Source: Limisphaerales bacterium
GTDB lineage: Bacteria > Verrucomicrobiota > Verrucomicrobiia > Limisphaerales > JAJOIW01
Direction: 5' to 3'
Length of the DNA: 64,000 nt
NCBI GenBank assembly: GCA_965657355.1
Contig: CBFHOE010000002.1
Location: forward strand, 128,001-192,000
Each line of letters begins with the position of its first letter. Positions within the stretch are counted from its first letter, which is position 1. Both the position numbers and the translations under genes were made by a program. The notes under the pieces were generated by a model, which saw only the letters and a list, made by a program, of their open reading frames with translations, ran no database searches and was not told the origin of the DNA. Shown piece by piece: positions 29,701-39,800 of the stretch.

Positions 29701-30042
29701 GAAGACAATAACCCATCAGTCTTCCTCCTATCATTGAGAGCAGCGGGAACAGGTTTAAACCTGACAACGGCGAGTTACGTAGTCCTCTATGATCCATGGT
29801 GGAACCCAGCTGTCGAGGCACAGGCCATTGATAGAAGTCACAGAATCGGGCAAACAAAGACTGTCAACGCCTACAGGTTAATAACACCAGGGACTGTTGA
29901 GGAAAAGATTTGGGATCTTCAGCAGAAAAAATCTCAGCAAATCTCAGACATACTGGGAGAAGACAGTTTTGCTCAAGGATTAACACACGAAGACCTCGAC
30001 TATTTATTTGATGACGACGGTCTCGAAGAAATGTGGAAATAG
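26749..30042 (+). CDS. SNF2-family (SWI2/SNF2) DEAD/DEAH-box helicase/ATPase
   Basis: LRPYQ, LADDMGLGKT, ILDEAQ, LTGTPLEN, VFSQF, GTGLNLT and QAIDRSHRIGQ motifs all intact. Confidence 0.95.
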   Translation: MGRPTKYRRIDKKTHTGSENKYDAEFSVMRKTYGSLADLRRELADSSESKEERVKILESFAECDDQQRAWLLLEDYFEKLSLSRKDFYIRDWWTDVMEARGTRRLEETALAFMKADHPLPPELMTYANFEKFAELEKEEANEHLSQLLENWLFPGPQRKTEIPKSSLRVVCNPESIQSKPGLHSLGIQFLIFRPRTGEKIRSPKELVDLTQRGSQEQELFISDDWNFIKWVGKKVSQFEDIPERIKLSGLNLLEWLAQWAISERFEDPNTESTLRYAGNYASIEPRISREQDNLKIGYDLISGPNGLRTPIEEIKIFEGSPYFALAHGEFFILENPPNEDLIANLATTPHFETDKLSDRLLTRMRTHYAEKDPLWEEVCDAHPAKPQMVFEIDNDTIKIRLNGISEKDGSEWFWSGESWQRQNSLPRSKKGPEILFDDRLPPAVKWLEQLNCFSPEPGLWVADAEDYFLEKLAAIWESRPKETEFLGNPLFHRLFLRSNQIRPKISVKSTGIDWFSVSTDWEIEGLKLTAKDLQALQHANSRFIKLPDSGWVEVDEEKVMTAHEVMADIGVDGLAPNTQKIHFGQAGNLEIEKIDTVGDAEKIRDLRKKISEFQGIEPMEIPDGIEATLRPYQKEGFSFLANLFQSGLGGLLADDMGLGKTLQTLVALEWLRQKNNKSHRPSLVICPASVLHNWKREANRFVPSMKVLLLESGKERHNLRSKIPDYDLIVTNYALLRRDLQSLKKFNFLAVILDEAQFIKNPGAQVTLSVKQLRSKHRVALTGTPLENRILDLWSIVDFLHKGYLGTQSQFTDRYQGNEESPALQRVSRRRLAAKLRPILIRRLKTQVAKDLPERIEERRDSLPGKAQKKLYLAELKRSKDQVNQVVSENGINKSKIHVLAALTRLRQICCHPKLVGSDAVSGKTETFFELVEPLLDRGEKVLVFSQFVKMLEILDTELKKREKTTYTLTGETKNRQDVVKAFQEDNNPSVFLLSLRAAGTGLNLTTASYVVLYDPWWNPAVEAQAIDRSHRIGQTKTVNAYRLITPGTVEEKIWDLQQKKSQQISDILGEDSFAQGLTHEDLDYLFDDDGLEEMWK

Positions 30043-30118
30043 GAGACGCGCCCCATTTTTTTAACCAAGCAGTTAGCTTAATTTTCAATCTCTAAAAGCA
30101 CCATAGTTTTGGCCATAT

Positions 30119-30147
30119 TGTAACCTGGTCGTAGCCCTCTGCGTCAA
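30119..30147 (+). promoter_or_regulatory. Putative ECF sigma factor promoter
   Basis: TGTAAC (30119-30124), 17 nt spacer, CGTCAA (30142-30147): the AAC/CGT architecture of many ECF promoters. About 90 nt upstream of the EF-hand gene. Confidence 0.5.
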
Positions 30148-30236
30148 ATATTGTGGTGGCGGAATAGAATGGTTGATGATTTAAAAGCCGCATCCAGCCG
30201 CATCGACATAAAGAAATATTAATCTACACGTATAAC

Positions 30237-30935
30237 ATGAAAAAATTTACACAAACAGCTTTGGCAGTATTAATAGCAATCACACTTTTAAATCTGGAGT
30301 CATCAGCTCAACAGCGGGAACAAAGAGACCGTGAAGGGAGAAGACCAAACCGCCCTGGTTTTGGGGAGCAAAGTCAAAATGGTGAGCGAGATCCGAGGGG
30401 ACAAAGACAAGGATTTAGAGGCCCAAGACAAGGTGAAGACAGAGGGCCGGGAGCGCAAAGGCAAGGATTTGGGGGACGAGGACAAAGAGGTGGAGGAGCT
30501 GAGTTCATGAGAATGTTCCCGATAATCGTGGCACTTGATACTAATTCGGACGGAATTATTTCTGAAACAGAAATAAGTAATGCGACAGCAGCCCTTAAAA
30601 AGTTGGACAAAAACAAAGATGGAAAGCTCGATGCATCGGAGATGATGCCCAGACCGCCACAGTTTCGAGGGGGACCAAGAGGACCTGAAAGTCAAAGTAA
30701 TGGGCCTCGTCAAGGGGGACCAGGCAACTCTGAAAATAACACCAATACTTTGGTGGATAGAATAATGAAATATGATGAGAATGGTGACGGCAAGCTATCA
30801 AAAGACGAAGTAACGGGCAGGTTGAGTAGTATCTTTAATAGGGCTGATAAAAACAAAGACGGGATTGCTACCCGGGATGAATTAACAGAGGCTCTTGGCT
30901 CTGCTGGTAGACAAAGAGGGCAAAGAAATCCTTAA
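30237..30935 (+). CDS. Exported EF-hand calcium-binding protein with low-complexity R/G/Q/P linkers
   Basis: Signal peptide; four EF-hand loops DTNSDGIISETE, DKNKDGKLDASE, DENGDGKLSKDE and DKNKDGIATRDE. Confidence 0.88.
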   Translation: MKKFTQTALAVLIAITLLNLESSAQQREQRDREGRRPNRPGFGEQSQNGERDPRGQRQGFRGPRQGEDRGPGAQRQGFGGRGQRGGGAEFMRMFPIIVALDTNSDGIISETEISNATAALKKLDKNKDGKLDASEMMPRPPQFRGGPRGPESQSNGPRQGGPGNSENNTNTLVDRIMKYDENGDGKLSKDEVTGRLSSIFNRADKNKDGIATRDELTEALGSAGRQRGQRNP

Positions 30936-30973
30936 TATTATTCGAGGTCATTTGAGTTAATTTTGCAAATCGC

Positions 30974-31005
30974 AATCCTCTCGACATCCCTGCGAGAGGA
31001 TTTTT
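30974..31005 (+). terminator. Rho-independent terminator
   Basis: AATCCTCTCG, 9 nt loop, CGAGAGGATT, followed by TTT, downstream of the EF-hand gene. Confidence 0.65.
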
Positions 31006-31055
31006 CATGGTTTGAGTTGTTATATTGAGCCCACAAACTAATATAGAGATTTCAT

Positions 31056-32642
31056 ATGGACCTAAAATCATTTAAAAGCGCTTTTCCGATAGCTAGAGCT
31101 CAAATGGCAGCTTTAGCAATGATGCTATTTTTGACTATTTTTGTAGCTCAATCAGAAGAAATTAGAATTACGCCTGAACGATTAGGCAAAGATGATAGAA
31201 GAAACATAGTTTTTATTCTTTCTGATGATCATAGATATGATGCCATGGGATTTATGGGGCATCCATTTTTGAAAACCCCAGCGATGGATAGAATGGCTAG
31301 CGAAGGCGTCCACTTGAAAAATGCTTTCGTAACAACTTCCTTATGTTCTCCATCTCGAGCTTCCATACTCACGGGTCTATACACACACAAACATAGAGTT
31401 ATTGATAACAACAGGCTCGTGCCTGAGGGAACCAAATATTTTCCTGAATGGCTTCAAAAATCGGGATATGCTACCGCTTACGTCGGTAAGTGGCATATGG
31501 GAGGGGCCACTGACGAACCAAGACAAGGTTTTGATCATTGGGTAAGCTTTCGAGGGCAAGGGCATTATCTTCCTCCAAATCCGAAATACACACTTAACGT
31601 AAATGGGAAAAGAGTGAAGCAAAAGGGGTATATCACGGATGAATTAACCGATTACGCCGTTGACTGGTTGAAGGAACAGAATCCCAAAAAACAGCCATTC
31701 ATGTTGTATCTCTCACACAAAGCCGTGCATGCGAATTTCACACCAGCGGAAAGACACGAGGATGAATACAAGGACAGCCTTTTCAAAAAACCAGCATCTC
31801 AAGCTGATACTCAAAAAAACTATGAGGGTAAACCTCGGTGGTTAAAGGACCAGAGAAACAGCTGGCACGGTGTGGATTTCCCTTATCACAGTGAGCTAGA
31901 TGTAGAGCGCTATTACAAACGGTATTGTGAATCGCTTCTTGCGGTCGATGATTCTATTGCTCGGGTCATGAATCAATTAAAAGAGATGGGAATCTACGAT
32001 GATACCTTGGTGATTTACATGGGAGATAATGGATTCATGTTTGGTGAACATGGTCTTATAGATAAAAGAGTTGCTTATGAAACATCCATCCGTGTTCCAA
32101 TGCTGATGCAGTGCCCAGATTTATTCAAGGGAGGCTCTGTGGTTGAGCAGGTAGTGGCCAATATCGATATAGGTCCCACCATACTAGAAGCGGCAGATTT
32201 AAAGACCCCATCACATATGGATGGGCAAAGTTTTATTAGTATTGCTCGAGGTGAAAAATCAAGCTGGCGCGATTACTTCCTTTATGTTTATTACTGGGAA
32301 AAGAACTTTCCCCAATCCCCTACCGTTTTTAGTTTGAGAGGAGACCAATACAAATACATCACCTACTATGGTCTGTGGGATACAGATGAGCTCTACGACA
32401 TAAAGAATGACCCAACCGAGTCGAAAAACCTTATCGCTCAGCCCAAATTCCGCGGTATTGCAAAGCAAATGGAGAATAAGCTCTACAGCATGTTGGGTGA
32501 AAAAGGGGGTATGTTCATACCGTTAAATCAACCTCGAGGCAATTCGCAAAATAAAAGGCTGGGCTCACGTGGAGGTAAAAAAGCAGCTGATTTCCCTGCT
32601 CCGCTAGTGGTGGACAAGCCCATAAATACGAATGCAAAGTGA
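31056..32642 (+). CDS. Sulfatase (N-acetylglucosamine-6-sulfatase-like)
   Basis: NIVFILSDDHR, LCSPSRASILTG, GKWH, HKAVH, GDNG and GEHGLIDKR motifs; signal peptide. Confidence 0.92.
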   Translation: MDLKSFKSAFPIARAQMAALAMMLFLTIFVAQSEEIRITPERLGKDDRRNIVFILSDDHRYDAMGFMGHPFLKTPAMDRMASEGVHLKNAFVTTSLCSPSRASILTGLYTHKHRVIDNNRLVPEGTKYFPEWLQKSGYATAYVGKWHMGGATDEPRQGFDHWVSFRGQGHYLPPNPKYTLNVNGKRVKQKGYITDELTDYAVDWLKEQNPKKQPFMLYLSHKAVHANFTPAERHEDEYKDSLFKKPASQADTQKNYEGKPRWLKDQRNSWHGVDFPYHSELDVERYYKRYCESLLAVDDSIARVMNQLKEMGIYDDTLVIYMGDNGFMFGEHGLIDKRVAYETSIRVPMLMQCPDLFKGGSVVEQVVANIDIGPTILEAADLKTPSHMDGQSFISIARGEKSSWRDYFLYVYYWEKNFPQSPTVFSLRGDQYKYITYYGLWDTDELYDIKNDPTESKNLIAQPKFRGIAKQMENKLYSMLGEKGGMFIPLNQPRGNSQNKRLGSRGGKKAADFPAPLVVDKPINTNAK

Positions 32643-33203
32643 TTATTGTATAAGTAGGAATCCATTTTTCACAAGTTTTGCGCTACGCCGTGGGAGCCTC
32701 GAAATTTTCCGTGAATTATCGTAAGCACCCAAAAAACCTTACAAAGAGGGAAAACTATTTTATTTTCATTCAATAGAGACTCAGAATCGCCAACCCATTC
32801 GGCCTCGGCTCTGCCTATATCTTTTTTGAGAATAGAATTTTATGATTTTTATGAGTCCCGAGGCTTAGAAAACAAATGGAATGACTTAATTCAAAATAAA
32901 GGCACCTTTGCAAATATCATAAGGGCATTCAACCTTCCCCTTACTCATGTGCTGCCGAAACGGGACAGATAATCATGAAAAAAGTTGAATCAATGAGCAA
33001 CATCATAAATATATATGGTTTATATGCCGCATATGGGGTTAATTTTGCATGGATAAAAAAATATTTGGCTCAGAAAGTTGCCCAATTTGTTTTTTTTGCT
33101 TAACTAGTATAGGTAATAACAAGTTTTATGCGGTGCCTAATGAGGATTGCTGCTTTAGCTGGTAAAAAGATACGAAAAATTATAATTTAGATCTTATAAA
33201 TTC

Positions 33204-34340
33204 ATGGCAAGTTCAGATTCGGTAGCCGCAACAAAAGGATTAGAGGGTGTAGTAGCAGGGACGACCAAGCTGAGTAGCGTCAGGGGTCAGATTGGTCAAT
33301 TGATATACTGCGGATACGATATCAATGAGCTTGCCGGTAAGGCTAGCTATGAAGAAGTTGTCCATTTATTACACAGAGGGCACTTACCAAACCAAGATGA
33401 GCTCGATCAGATGAAGGCTCAGCTGGCTTCCTACCGAAATTTACCAGAACAAGTTATTTCCGTAATCAAAGCACTTCCGAAGGATACCCCACCAATGCAT
33501 GCCTTGAGAACGGGGGTATCCATGATGGCATGTTTCGACCCAGATAGAGACAACATCGAAATTGAATCGGCGCGCCAAAAAGCTTTAAAATTAATTGCTC
33601 AGGTGCCTGTTATCATTGCTTACTTTCATCGCCACCGTATGGGCCAAGAATTGGTGGCACCCGACCCATCACTTGGAGAGGCTGCTAATTTCCTTTATAT
33701 GATTAATGGTGAAAAGCCCGGGGATGAGATGGTAAATACAATGGATGTTTGTTATGTATTGCATGCTGACCACGGAATGAATGCTTCGACGTTCAGCTCA
33801 AGGGTGACCATAGCAACTTTAACGGATATTTACTCTGCTGTTACCTCAGCGATCGGCACACTCAAGGGGCCTCTGCATGGCGGAGCCAATGAAGGAGTTA
33901 TTAAGATGCTTCAAGAGATCGGCTCAACTGACCGCGTTGATGAATTCATAGCTGATGCCCTTGCCCAGAAAAAGAAAATCATGGGCATTGGCCATAGAGT
34001 CTACAAAACCCTCGACCCAAGGGCACCGCACTTGAAAAAAATGGCCAAAATCCTCAGCTCAAAACTAGGTGAAGCCAAATGGATAGATATGTCGGAGAGA
34101 ATTGCAGAGTTGATGCTCAAAGAAAAAAATCTCCATGCCAACGTCGATTTTTACTCTGCAACGGTATATTACTCTCTGGGCATTCCGACCGATCTATTTA
34201 CACCTATCTTTGCAATCGCAAGAACATCGGGGTGGACGGCACACATTCTCGAACAGTTGTCCAACAACAGATTAATAAGGCCAATGAGCGAATATGATGG
34301 AGTTGATGATCTTAAGTTCACTCCCATTGCTCAAAGATAA
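33204..34340 (+). CDS. gltA: Citrate synthase (short CitZ/PrpC-type)
   Basis: GLEGVVA, HADHGMNASTF, GPLHGGANE, GIGHRVYK and NVDFYS motifs. Position before sucCD favours a TCA role; 2-methylcitrate synthase is not excluded. Confidence 0.9.
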   Translation: MASSDSVAATKGLEGVVAGTTKLSSVRGQIGQLIYCGYDINELAGKASYEEVVHLLHRGHLPNQDELDQMKAQLASYRNLPEQVISVIKALPKDTPPMHALRTGVSMMACFDPDRDNIEIESARQKALKLIAQVPVIIAYFHRHRMGQELVAPDPSLGEAANFLYMINGEKPGDEMVNTMDVCYVLHADHGMNASTFSSRVTIATLTDIYSAVTSAIGTLKGPLHGGANEGVIKMLQEIGSTDRVDEFIADALAQKKKIMGIGHRVYKTLDPRAPHLKKMAKILSSKLGEAKWIDMSERIAELMLKEKNLHANVDFYSATVYYSLGIPTDLFTPIFAIARTSGWTAHILEQLSNNRLIRPMSEYDGVDDLKFTPIAQR

Positions 34341-34400
34341 TTTCTCAAACCTTCTCGCTGAGCTTTAGCTCGATTTTGAGAGGTGACCAAATAACTTAAA

Positions 34401-35612
34401 ATGAATATTCACGAATACCAGGCTAAGGAAGTGCTGGCCAGTTTTGGCGTGGTCGTTCCACCAGGAAAGGCTGTATCAACGGCAGAAGAAGCAAAGCAAG
34501 TAGCTGAGAATCTCGCCAGCGAGGGGCACGCTAAATTTGTTATTAAATCTCAAATTCACGCCGGAGGTCGAGGTAAAGGAACATTTACCAATGGCTTTAA
34601 AGGTGGGGTCAAGCTATGTGACACAGCTGATCAGGCAAGTGAGATTGCAGGACAAATGCTTGGCAACACCCTGGTAACCAACCAAACCGGACCTGACGGA
34701 AAACAAGTCAACAAAGTTTTGATCGCAGGAGCAGAGGAGATTCTAAGCGAATTCTATCTGGCCGTTTTATTGGACAGGGCAAATTCCCAACCAGTCATTA
34801 TGGTTTCCACCGAAGGAGGAATGGATATTGAAGAGGTTGCCGAAAAAACACCCGAAAAAATTGTTAAAGAATGGGTAGATCCAGGCCTTGGACTCATGCC
34901 ATTCCAAGCGAGAAAACTCGCGAAGGCACTTGATTTAGAAGGTAAACTTATCAACCAAGCTGTAAAAATGTTCACCTCAGTTTACAAAGCTTGGTGGAAA
35001 ACTGATGGAGCATTGGTGGAAATCAATCCTTTGTGCATAGTCAAAAAACCCGACGGCTCAAAATCACTAGCTGCTGTTGATGCCAAGGTGTCTTTTGATG
35101 ACAATGCCCTATTCCGGCATAAAGATATTCAGGAATTAAGAGATATTACAGAAGAGTCACCATTGGAAGTAGAAGCCAGCAAATACGATCTAAACTATAT
35201 TAAGTTAGACGGTAACATTGCTTGCCTCGTAAATGGCGCAGGACTAGCCATGGCAACGATGGATATTATCCAATACTATGGTGGCTCACCGGCTAACTTT
35301 TTGGATGTCGGAGGAGGAGCATCGAAGGAACAGGTAACCGCTGCCTTTAAAATCATTCTTAGTGACCCAAATGTAAAAGGCATACTTGTTAATATTTTCG
35401 GAGGAATTATGCAGTGCGATATTATAGCCAGCGGTATTTTAGCAGCGGTCGAGGAAACAGGTCTCGAATTGCCACTGGTTGTCCGTCTTGAAGGAACAAA
35501 TGTCGCAAAGGGGAAAAAATTAATATCAGAATCAAACCTCGACGTTATTTCGGCAGACTCGTTATCTGATGCAGCGGAAAAAATAGCACACGCAGTCAAA
35601 AATAAATCGTAA
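34401..35612 (+). CDS. sucC: Succinyl-CoA ligase (ADP-forming) beta subunit
   Basis: [42 protein letters not shown] and [10 protein letters not shown] motifs. Confidence 0.97.
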   Translation: MNIHEYQAKEVLASFGVVVPPGKAVSTAEEAKQVAENLASEGHAKFVIKSQIHAGGRGKGTFTNGFKGGVKLCDTADQASEIAGQMLGNTLVTNQTGPDGKQVNKVLIAGAEEILSEFYLAVLLDRANSQPVIMVSTEGGMDIEEVAEKTPEKIVKEWVDPGLGLMPFQARKLAKALDLEGKLINQAVKMFTSVYKAWWKTDGALVEINPLCIVKKPDGSKSLAAVDAKVSFDDNALFRHKDIQELRDITEESPLEVEASKYDLNYIKLDGNIACLVNGAGLAMATMDIIQYYGGSPANFLDVGGGASKEQVTAAFKIILSDPNVKGILVNIFGGIMQCDIIASGILAAVEETGLELPLVVRLEGTNVAKGKKLISESNLDVISADSLSDAAEKIAHAVKNKS

Positions 35613-35647
35613 ATCCCTTAATCTCTAAATCACTATCCCAATTATAT

Positions 35648-36538
35648 ATGTCAATTTTAGTCAAACCAGATAGCAAGATTCTTATTCAGGGAATTACTGG
35701 AAGTTTCGGAGGAAAGCACACTCAGCTTAGTTTGGACTATGGTAGTCAAGTAGTAGCTGGCGTAACACCAGGAAAAGGCGGCCAGAAATTCAATGATGTT
35801 GTTCCCGTTTACGACACTGTTGGCGAAGCTGTCAGCGAAACAGGTGCAACGGTCTCAGCCATCTTTGTCCCTCCCCCATTCGCAGCGGACGCAATATTGG
35901 AAGCGGTAGATGCCGGAGTCGATCTTGTAGTAGCCATAACGGAGGGTATACCTGTCAATGATATGGTACAGGTCAAAAAAGCTATGAAGGGGTCAAATTC
36001 TCGCCTGATTGGCCCAAATTGCCCTGGAATTGTGGTCCCAGGAGAGGGGGAAGACAGCCATGGTGGATGCCGAATCGGAATCGCTCCAGGATATATACAC
36101 AAAAAAGGAAACATCGGCGTTGTTTCAAGATCAGGAACATTGACATATGAAGCCGTTTGGCAGCTAACGTCGCGTGGTGTTGGGCAATCTACCTGTGTTG
36201 GCATCGGTGGAGATCCGGTTAATGGGACATCTCATCTTGACGTCATAAAAATGTTTAATGAGGATCCGGACACGCATGGAATAATTATGATAGGTGAGAT
36301 TGGAGGGTCAGCGGAAGAAGAAGCTGCAGCGTGGATAAAAGAAAACTGCTCAAAGCCCGTTGCTGGATTTATTGCTGGAGCGACAGCCCCGCCAGGAAGA
36401 AGAATGGGACATGCTGGTGCTATTGTATCAGGCGGACAGGGAACAGCAGAAGCAAAGAAACAAGCTTTCAAGGAAGCCGGAATCGGCGTTGCGGAAACTC
36501 CATCAGATATGGCAGAAACCCTTTTGGCTATGATGTAA
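35648..36538 (+). CDS. sucD: Succinyl-CoA ligase alpha subunit
   Basis: [35 protein letters not shown] and MGHAGA (phospho-His) motifs. Confidence 0.97.
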   Translation: MSILVKPDSKILIQGITGSFGGKHTQLSLDYGSQVVAGVTPGKGGQKFNDVVPVYDTVGEAVSETGATVSAIFVPPPFAADAILEAVDAGVDLVVAITEGIPVNDMVQVKKAMKGSNSRLIGPNCPGIVVPGEGEDSHGGCRIGIAPGYIHKKGNIGVVSRSGTLTYEAVWQLTSRGVGQSTCVGIGGDPVNGTSHLDVIKMFNEDPDTHGIIMIGEIGGSAEEEAAAWIKENCSKPVAGFIAGATAPPGRRMGHAGAIVSGGQGTAEAKKQAFKEAGIGVAETPSDMAETLLAMM

Positions 36539-36664
36539 GGCCTCTTCACGCAGCGCGGCCACCCTTTATAGGAAGAATCCTTTTAATGGGGATTTCTACA
36601 ATTTTCACAACCGTGGTTGACCAAAGGTTCCTATGAAGTGATGATATCAGCCTTTCTCTGACTT

Positions 36665-37654
36665 ATGGAAAAACCATCTTCTGAACCATTAAACCGTCGT
36701 GGATTCTTAGGGCGGGCTGCAATTGCAGGAGCCACTTCTGCTTTTGCCGTATCCAGTGCTACTCCACGAGCCCATGCAGATCATCATTCTGAAAAGCCAA
36801 ATCACGGAATACCCGATTTTAAATACTGTTTGAACACCAGTACGATAAGAGGGAAAAAAATCCCTATTGCTAAGGAAGTGGGCATGATAGCGAGGGCTGG
36901 CTATGATTCAATCGAGCCCTGGATTAGTGAGATTCAAAAGCACAAAGAACAGGGTGGGAGTTTGAAAGACTTAGGCAAGCAGATCGCTGATCTAGGATTA
37001 ACAGTTGAGAGCGCCATTGGATTTGCCAATTGGATTAGCGATGATAAAGCCACCCGAAAAAAGGGATTGGAGAACGCTAAACGAGATATGGACTTATTGG
37101 CAGCAATCGGCGGAAAAAGAATTGCCGCCCCGCCTGCAGGGGCTTCGGGAAACAACTCCCCTACATTAAATCTCAGCGCGGCAGCTGAAAGATATGCGGA
37201 TTTGCTTGATGCAGGCAAAAATTCTGGAATCGTTCCACAGTTAGAGCTTTGGGGCTTTTCTAAAAACCTTTCAAAGCTTGGTGAGGTCGCGTATGTCGCC
37301 ATTGAGTCGGGACACCCGGATGCGTGTGTCTTAACCGATGTCTATCATATTTACAAAGGAGGCTCAGACTTTGAAGGCCTGAAATTTTTCGCGGGTAAAT
37401 CGTTAACAGTGTTGCACATGAATGATTACCCATCCGATCCCCCGCGTGAAACAATCGGTGATGGCGATAGAGTCTTTCCCGGTGACGGCATCGCCCCAAT
37501 TTCTAAGATACTCAGAACAATGCATTCAAATGGATTTTCAGGTGTCCTTTCACTAGAATTGTTTAACAGAACATACTGGGAACAGAATGCTGAATTGGTA
37601 CTTAAAAATGGTTTTCAAAAAATGAAAGCTGAAGTCAAAAAAGCCTTCAGCTGA
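36665..37654 (+). CDS. Sugar phosphate isomerase/epimerase (xylose isomerase-like TIM barrel) with Tat signal
   Basis: NRRGFLG Tat motif; LELWG, DVYH, HMND, RVFPGDG and SLELF metal-site motifs. Confidence 0.88.
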   Translation: MEKPSSEPLNRRGFLGRAAIAGATSAFAVSSATPRAHADHHSEKPNHGIPDFKYCLNTSTIRGKKIPIAKEVGMIARAGYDSIEPWISEIQKHKEQGGSLKDLGKQIADLGLTVESAIGFANWISDDKATRKKGLENAKRDMDLLAAIGGKRIAAPPAGASGNNSPTLNLSAAAERYADLLDAGKNSGIVPQLELWGFSKNLSKLGEVAYVAIESGHPDACVLTDVYHIYKGGSDFEGLKFFAGKSLTVLHMNDYPSDPPRETIGDGDRVFPGDGIAPISKILRTMHSNGFSGVLSLELFNRTYWEQNAELVLKNGFQKMKAEVKKAFS

Positions 37655-37685
37655 AGGGATCCTGCTCAATAAAAAAAATTTTATG

Positions 37686-37714
37686 AGGAGCCCGCAGAAA
37701 ACGGCTCCTTTTTT
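37686..37714 (+). terminator. Rho-independent terminator between convergent genes
   Basis: AGGAGCC, 10 nt loop, GGCTCCT, followed by a T-run. Confidence 0.65.
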
Positions 37715-37725
37715 ATTCGCCTTTT

Positions 37726-39408
37726 TTATTCGAATAGGCTGGAAGCCAATTCCTTAGGTTCCTCATTTTTCGCCTCTGCTTTATTTAAAACAGATGTATC
37801 AGCAAGGTAGATGTAAATCCCAACCACAAAAACAATCAATCCTACTCCTAGAGGTTTCGCATATTTCCAAGGCGTTAAATCCACTGCTTTTGCATCCTGT
37901 TGGACCCAAGGTTCTTTTTCACCCGCTACCCTACTGATTATGAATAAAAACAGCACAGAGGCACCGAAGACGATTCCTAATAAGTGAAAGCCGTGGACTT
38001 GAGCAGCAATATCTATAAATGGAGGAACAAAATAGGCCAAAACAAGAACTAAAGTACTGGCTAATAACGCAATATTTGCAGCCCAGGCTGGCGTTTTCTT
38101 AAATAAAAATCCACCTAGAATAATTGAGAAAATTGGAATGAAATACAGGCCATTCATTTTTTGGAGATACCCGAAAATACTATCTTGTCCAGCAAGGAGT
38201 GGGGCTGTAGACATAGCTAGAATGGCGACAACTAAACCAACGATTTTCCCATTGTTGATGGTTTTTATATCTGAGGCTTCATCCTCGTTAATGAAATGTT
38301 TATAGACCCCTAATGAGAATAAAGTCGCAGTGCTGTTGAGAGCTGAATTAAAAGTACTCAAAATGGCTCCGACAATAACGGCTGCAAAGAACCCTGTTAA
38401 CCATCCTGGTAACACATCCCGGACAAGATTCGGGTAAGCTTGCTTAGACAGGTTTATGAACTCTTCATTGGTAAGGTCTCCTGCATTTGCCGCGTAAAGA
38501 TGGTATGCAATAATCCCAGGAATCACCAAAATCAATGGCGCCAGCACTTTAAAAACGCCGGCAATAAGTACTCCTTTTTGCCCTTCTTTTAGTGAGCTCG
38601 CGCCAAAGGTTCTTTGGATAATTTGTTGGTTAGTGGTCCAGTAAAATAAATTTAAAAGCAAAACCCCGGTAAATAGTGTGGAAAATGGGACTGATGAATC
38701 AGGGCCCCCGATAGAATTAAATTTTTCAGGGTGAGCCTTTTTCAATTCTGCCAACGCAGCGAATACACCTTCATCTGAAACAGCATTTAAGCCAAACCAG
38801 GTGACAACAAGACCTCCAACCAAGAGTCCAAAACCGTTAATTGTATCTGAAACAGCAACAGTTCTAAGCCCACCAAAAATAGCATATATCGACCCTATGA
38901 TTCCGATGAGCCAAACAACAAGCCACAATATTGTAGTTTCGTTTTCTATTCCTGTCAGACTTTGTAGATCGAGCATTCCAGACAATCCAGTAGCTCCCGT
39001 GTAGAGAACCATAGGGAGAAGAATTCCAGCATATGCAATAATAAAGATGATGCTGGTAATAGCTCGGGTGGTAGAGTTATACCTTTTCTCCAAGAACTCA
39101 GGAATTGTCGCGATTCCGCTTTTCAAATATTTTGGCAAAAAGAAGAGGGCCATGGCTACAAGTGAAGCCCCAGCTATTACCTCCCATGCGATAACTGCGA
39201 TCCCATCTTTGAAAGCATCCGCATTTAAACCAACAAGCTGTTCCGTTGATAAATTTGTCAAAAGAAGTGAGCCGGCGATAAACCCACCGGTGAGTGTTCT
39301 TCCAGCCAGAAAGTATCCCGTTGATGTGGAGTGGTCATCACTCCGTGTAATAAGCCATGTCAACACCCCAACCAGGGCTGTAAAGAAAAAGAAAGTTATT
39401 AAAGTCAT
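37726..39408 (-). CDS. Solute:sodium symporter (SSS family, YidK-like sugar transporter)
   Basis: Start refined to ATG 39408. GYFLAGR, SLLLTNLSTEQLVG, TIPEFLEKRY, GGLRTVAVSD and YWTTNQQIIQR motifs; many TM helices. Confidence 0.92.
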   Translation of the reverse strand: MTLITFFFFTALVGVLTWLITRSDDHSTSTGYFLAGRTLTGGFIAGSLLLTNLSTEQLVGLNADAFKDGIAVIAWEVIAGASLVAMALFFLPKYLKSGIATIPEFLEKRYNSTTRAITSIIFIIAYAGILLPMVLYTGATGLSGMLDLQSLTGIENETTILWLVVWLIGIIGSIYAIFGGLRTVAVSDTINGFGLLVGGLVVTWFGLNAVSDEGVFAALAELKKAHPEKFNSIGGPDSSVPFSTLFTGVLLLNLFYWTTNQQIIQRTFGASSLKEGQKGVLIAGVFKVLAPLILVIPGIIAYHLYAANAGDLTNEEFINLSKQAYPNLVRDVLPGWLTGFFAAVIVGAILSTFNSALNSTATLFSLGVYKHFINEDEASDIKTINNGKIVGLVVAILAMSTAPLLAGQDSIFGYLQKMNGLYFIPIFSIILGGFLFKKTPAWAANIALLASTLVLVLAYFVPPFIDIAAQVHGFHLLGIVFGASVLFLFIISRVAGEKEPWVQQDAKAVDLTPWKYAKPLGVGLIVFVVGIYIYLADTSVLNKAEAKNEEPKELASSLFE

Positions 39409-39800
39409 TGGATTGGTCGGAAGATTACGAAACAAGAGGTCCCTTGTGAAGTGATTTCGTTCTTCTCTTAAAGTGCAATACACCATTTGAATGCAGGCTT
39501 AACTTCAGGCAAGCTCTTCCTGAAAGAAAAACCAGATCATACTCTGGCCAATCATTTCTGGTTACCACGTCTTTTTTGTATCTTAAAACGGCATCTCCAT
39601 AAACACGCTCCTTTGGCCATCATCATCGTCAACTGAATTAAAAAAACATTTCACGCGCTTTTTTTAATTAAAAGCCAAACGTGATACTTGACCGCAAGAG
39701 GGACAAGAAGTTAACAGGTAAGGTGTCCCCCTACTCTCGTCATGTTAGTGGTCAATCGACCAAAAATTTCAATGCAATCCTAAAATAGCTTTATGGAAAT

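Noticed and set aside
26749..30042. SNF2 helicase as part of an anti-phage system (DISARM/BREX/Zorya-like)
   Set aside because: No methylase, nuclease, PglZ or other defence partners adjacent; the context is housekeeping.
30300..30740. Repetitive purine-rich stretch as a tandem repeat or CRISPR-like array
   Set aside because: Explained by low-complexity R/G/Q/P coding sequence; no fixed-length repeat-spacer structure.
39664..39744. Minus-strand frame containing CPSCG (zinc-ribbon-like)
   Set aside because: Bounded by stops with no ATG/GTG start upstream of the motif and only one Cys pair; not a credible gene.
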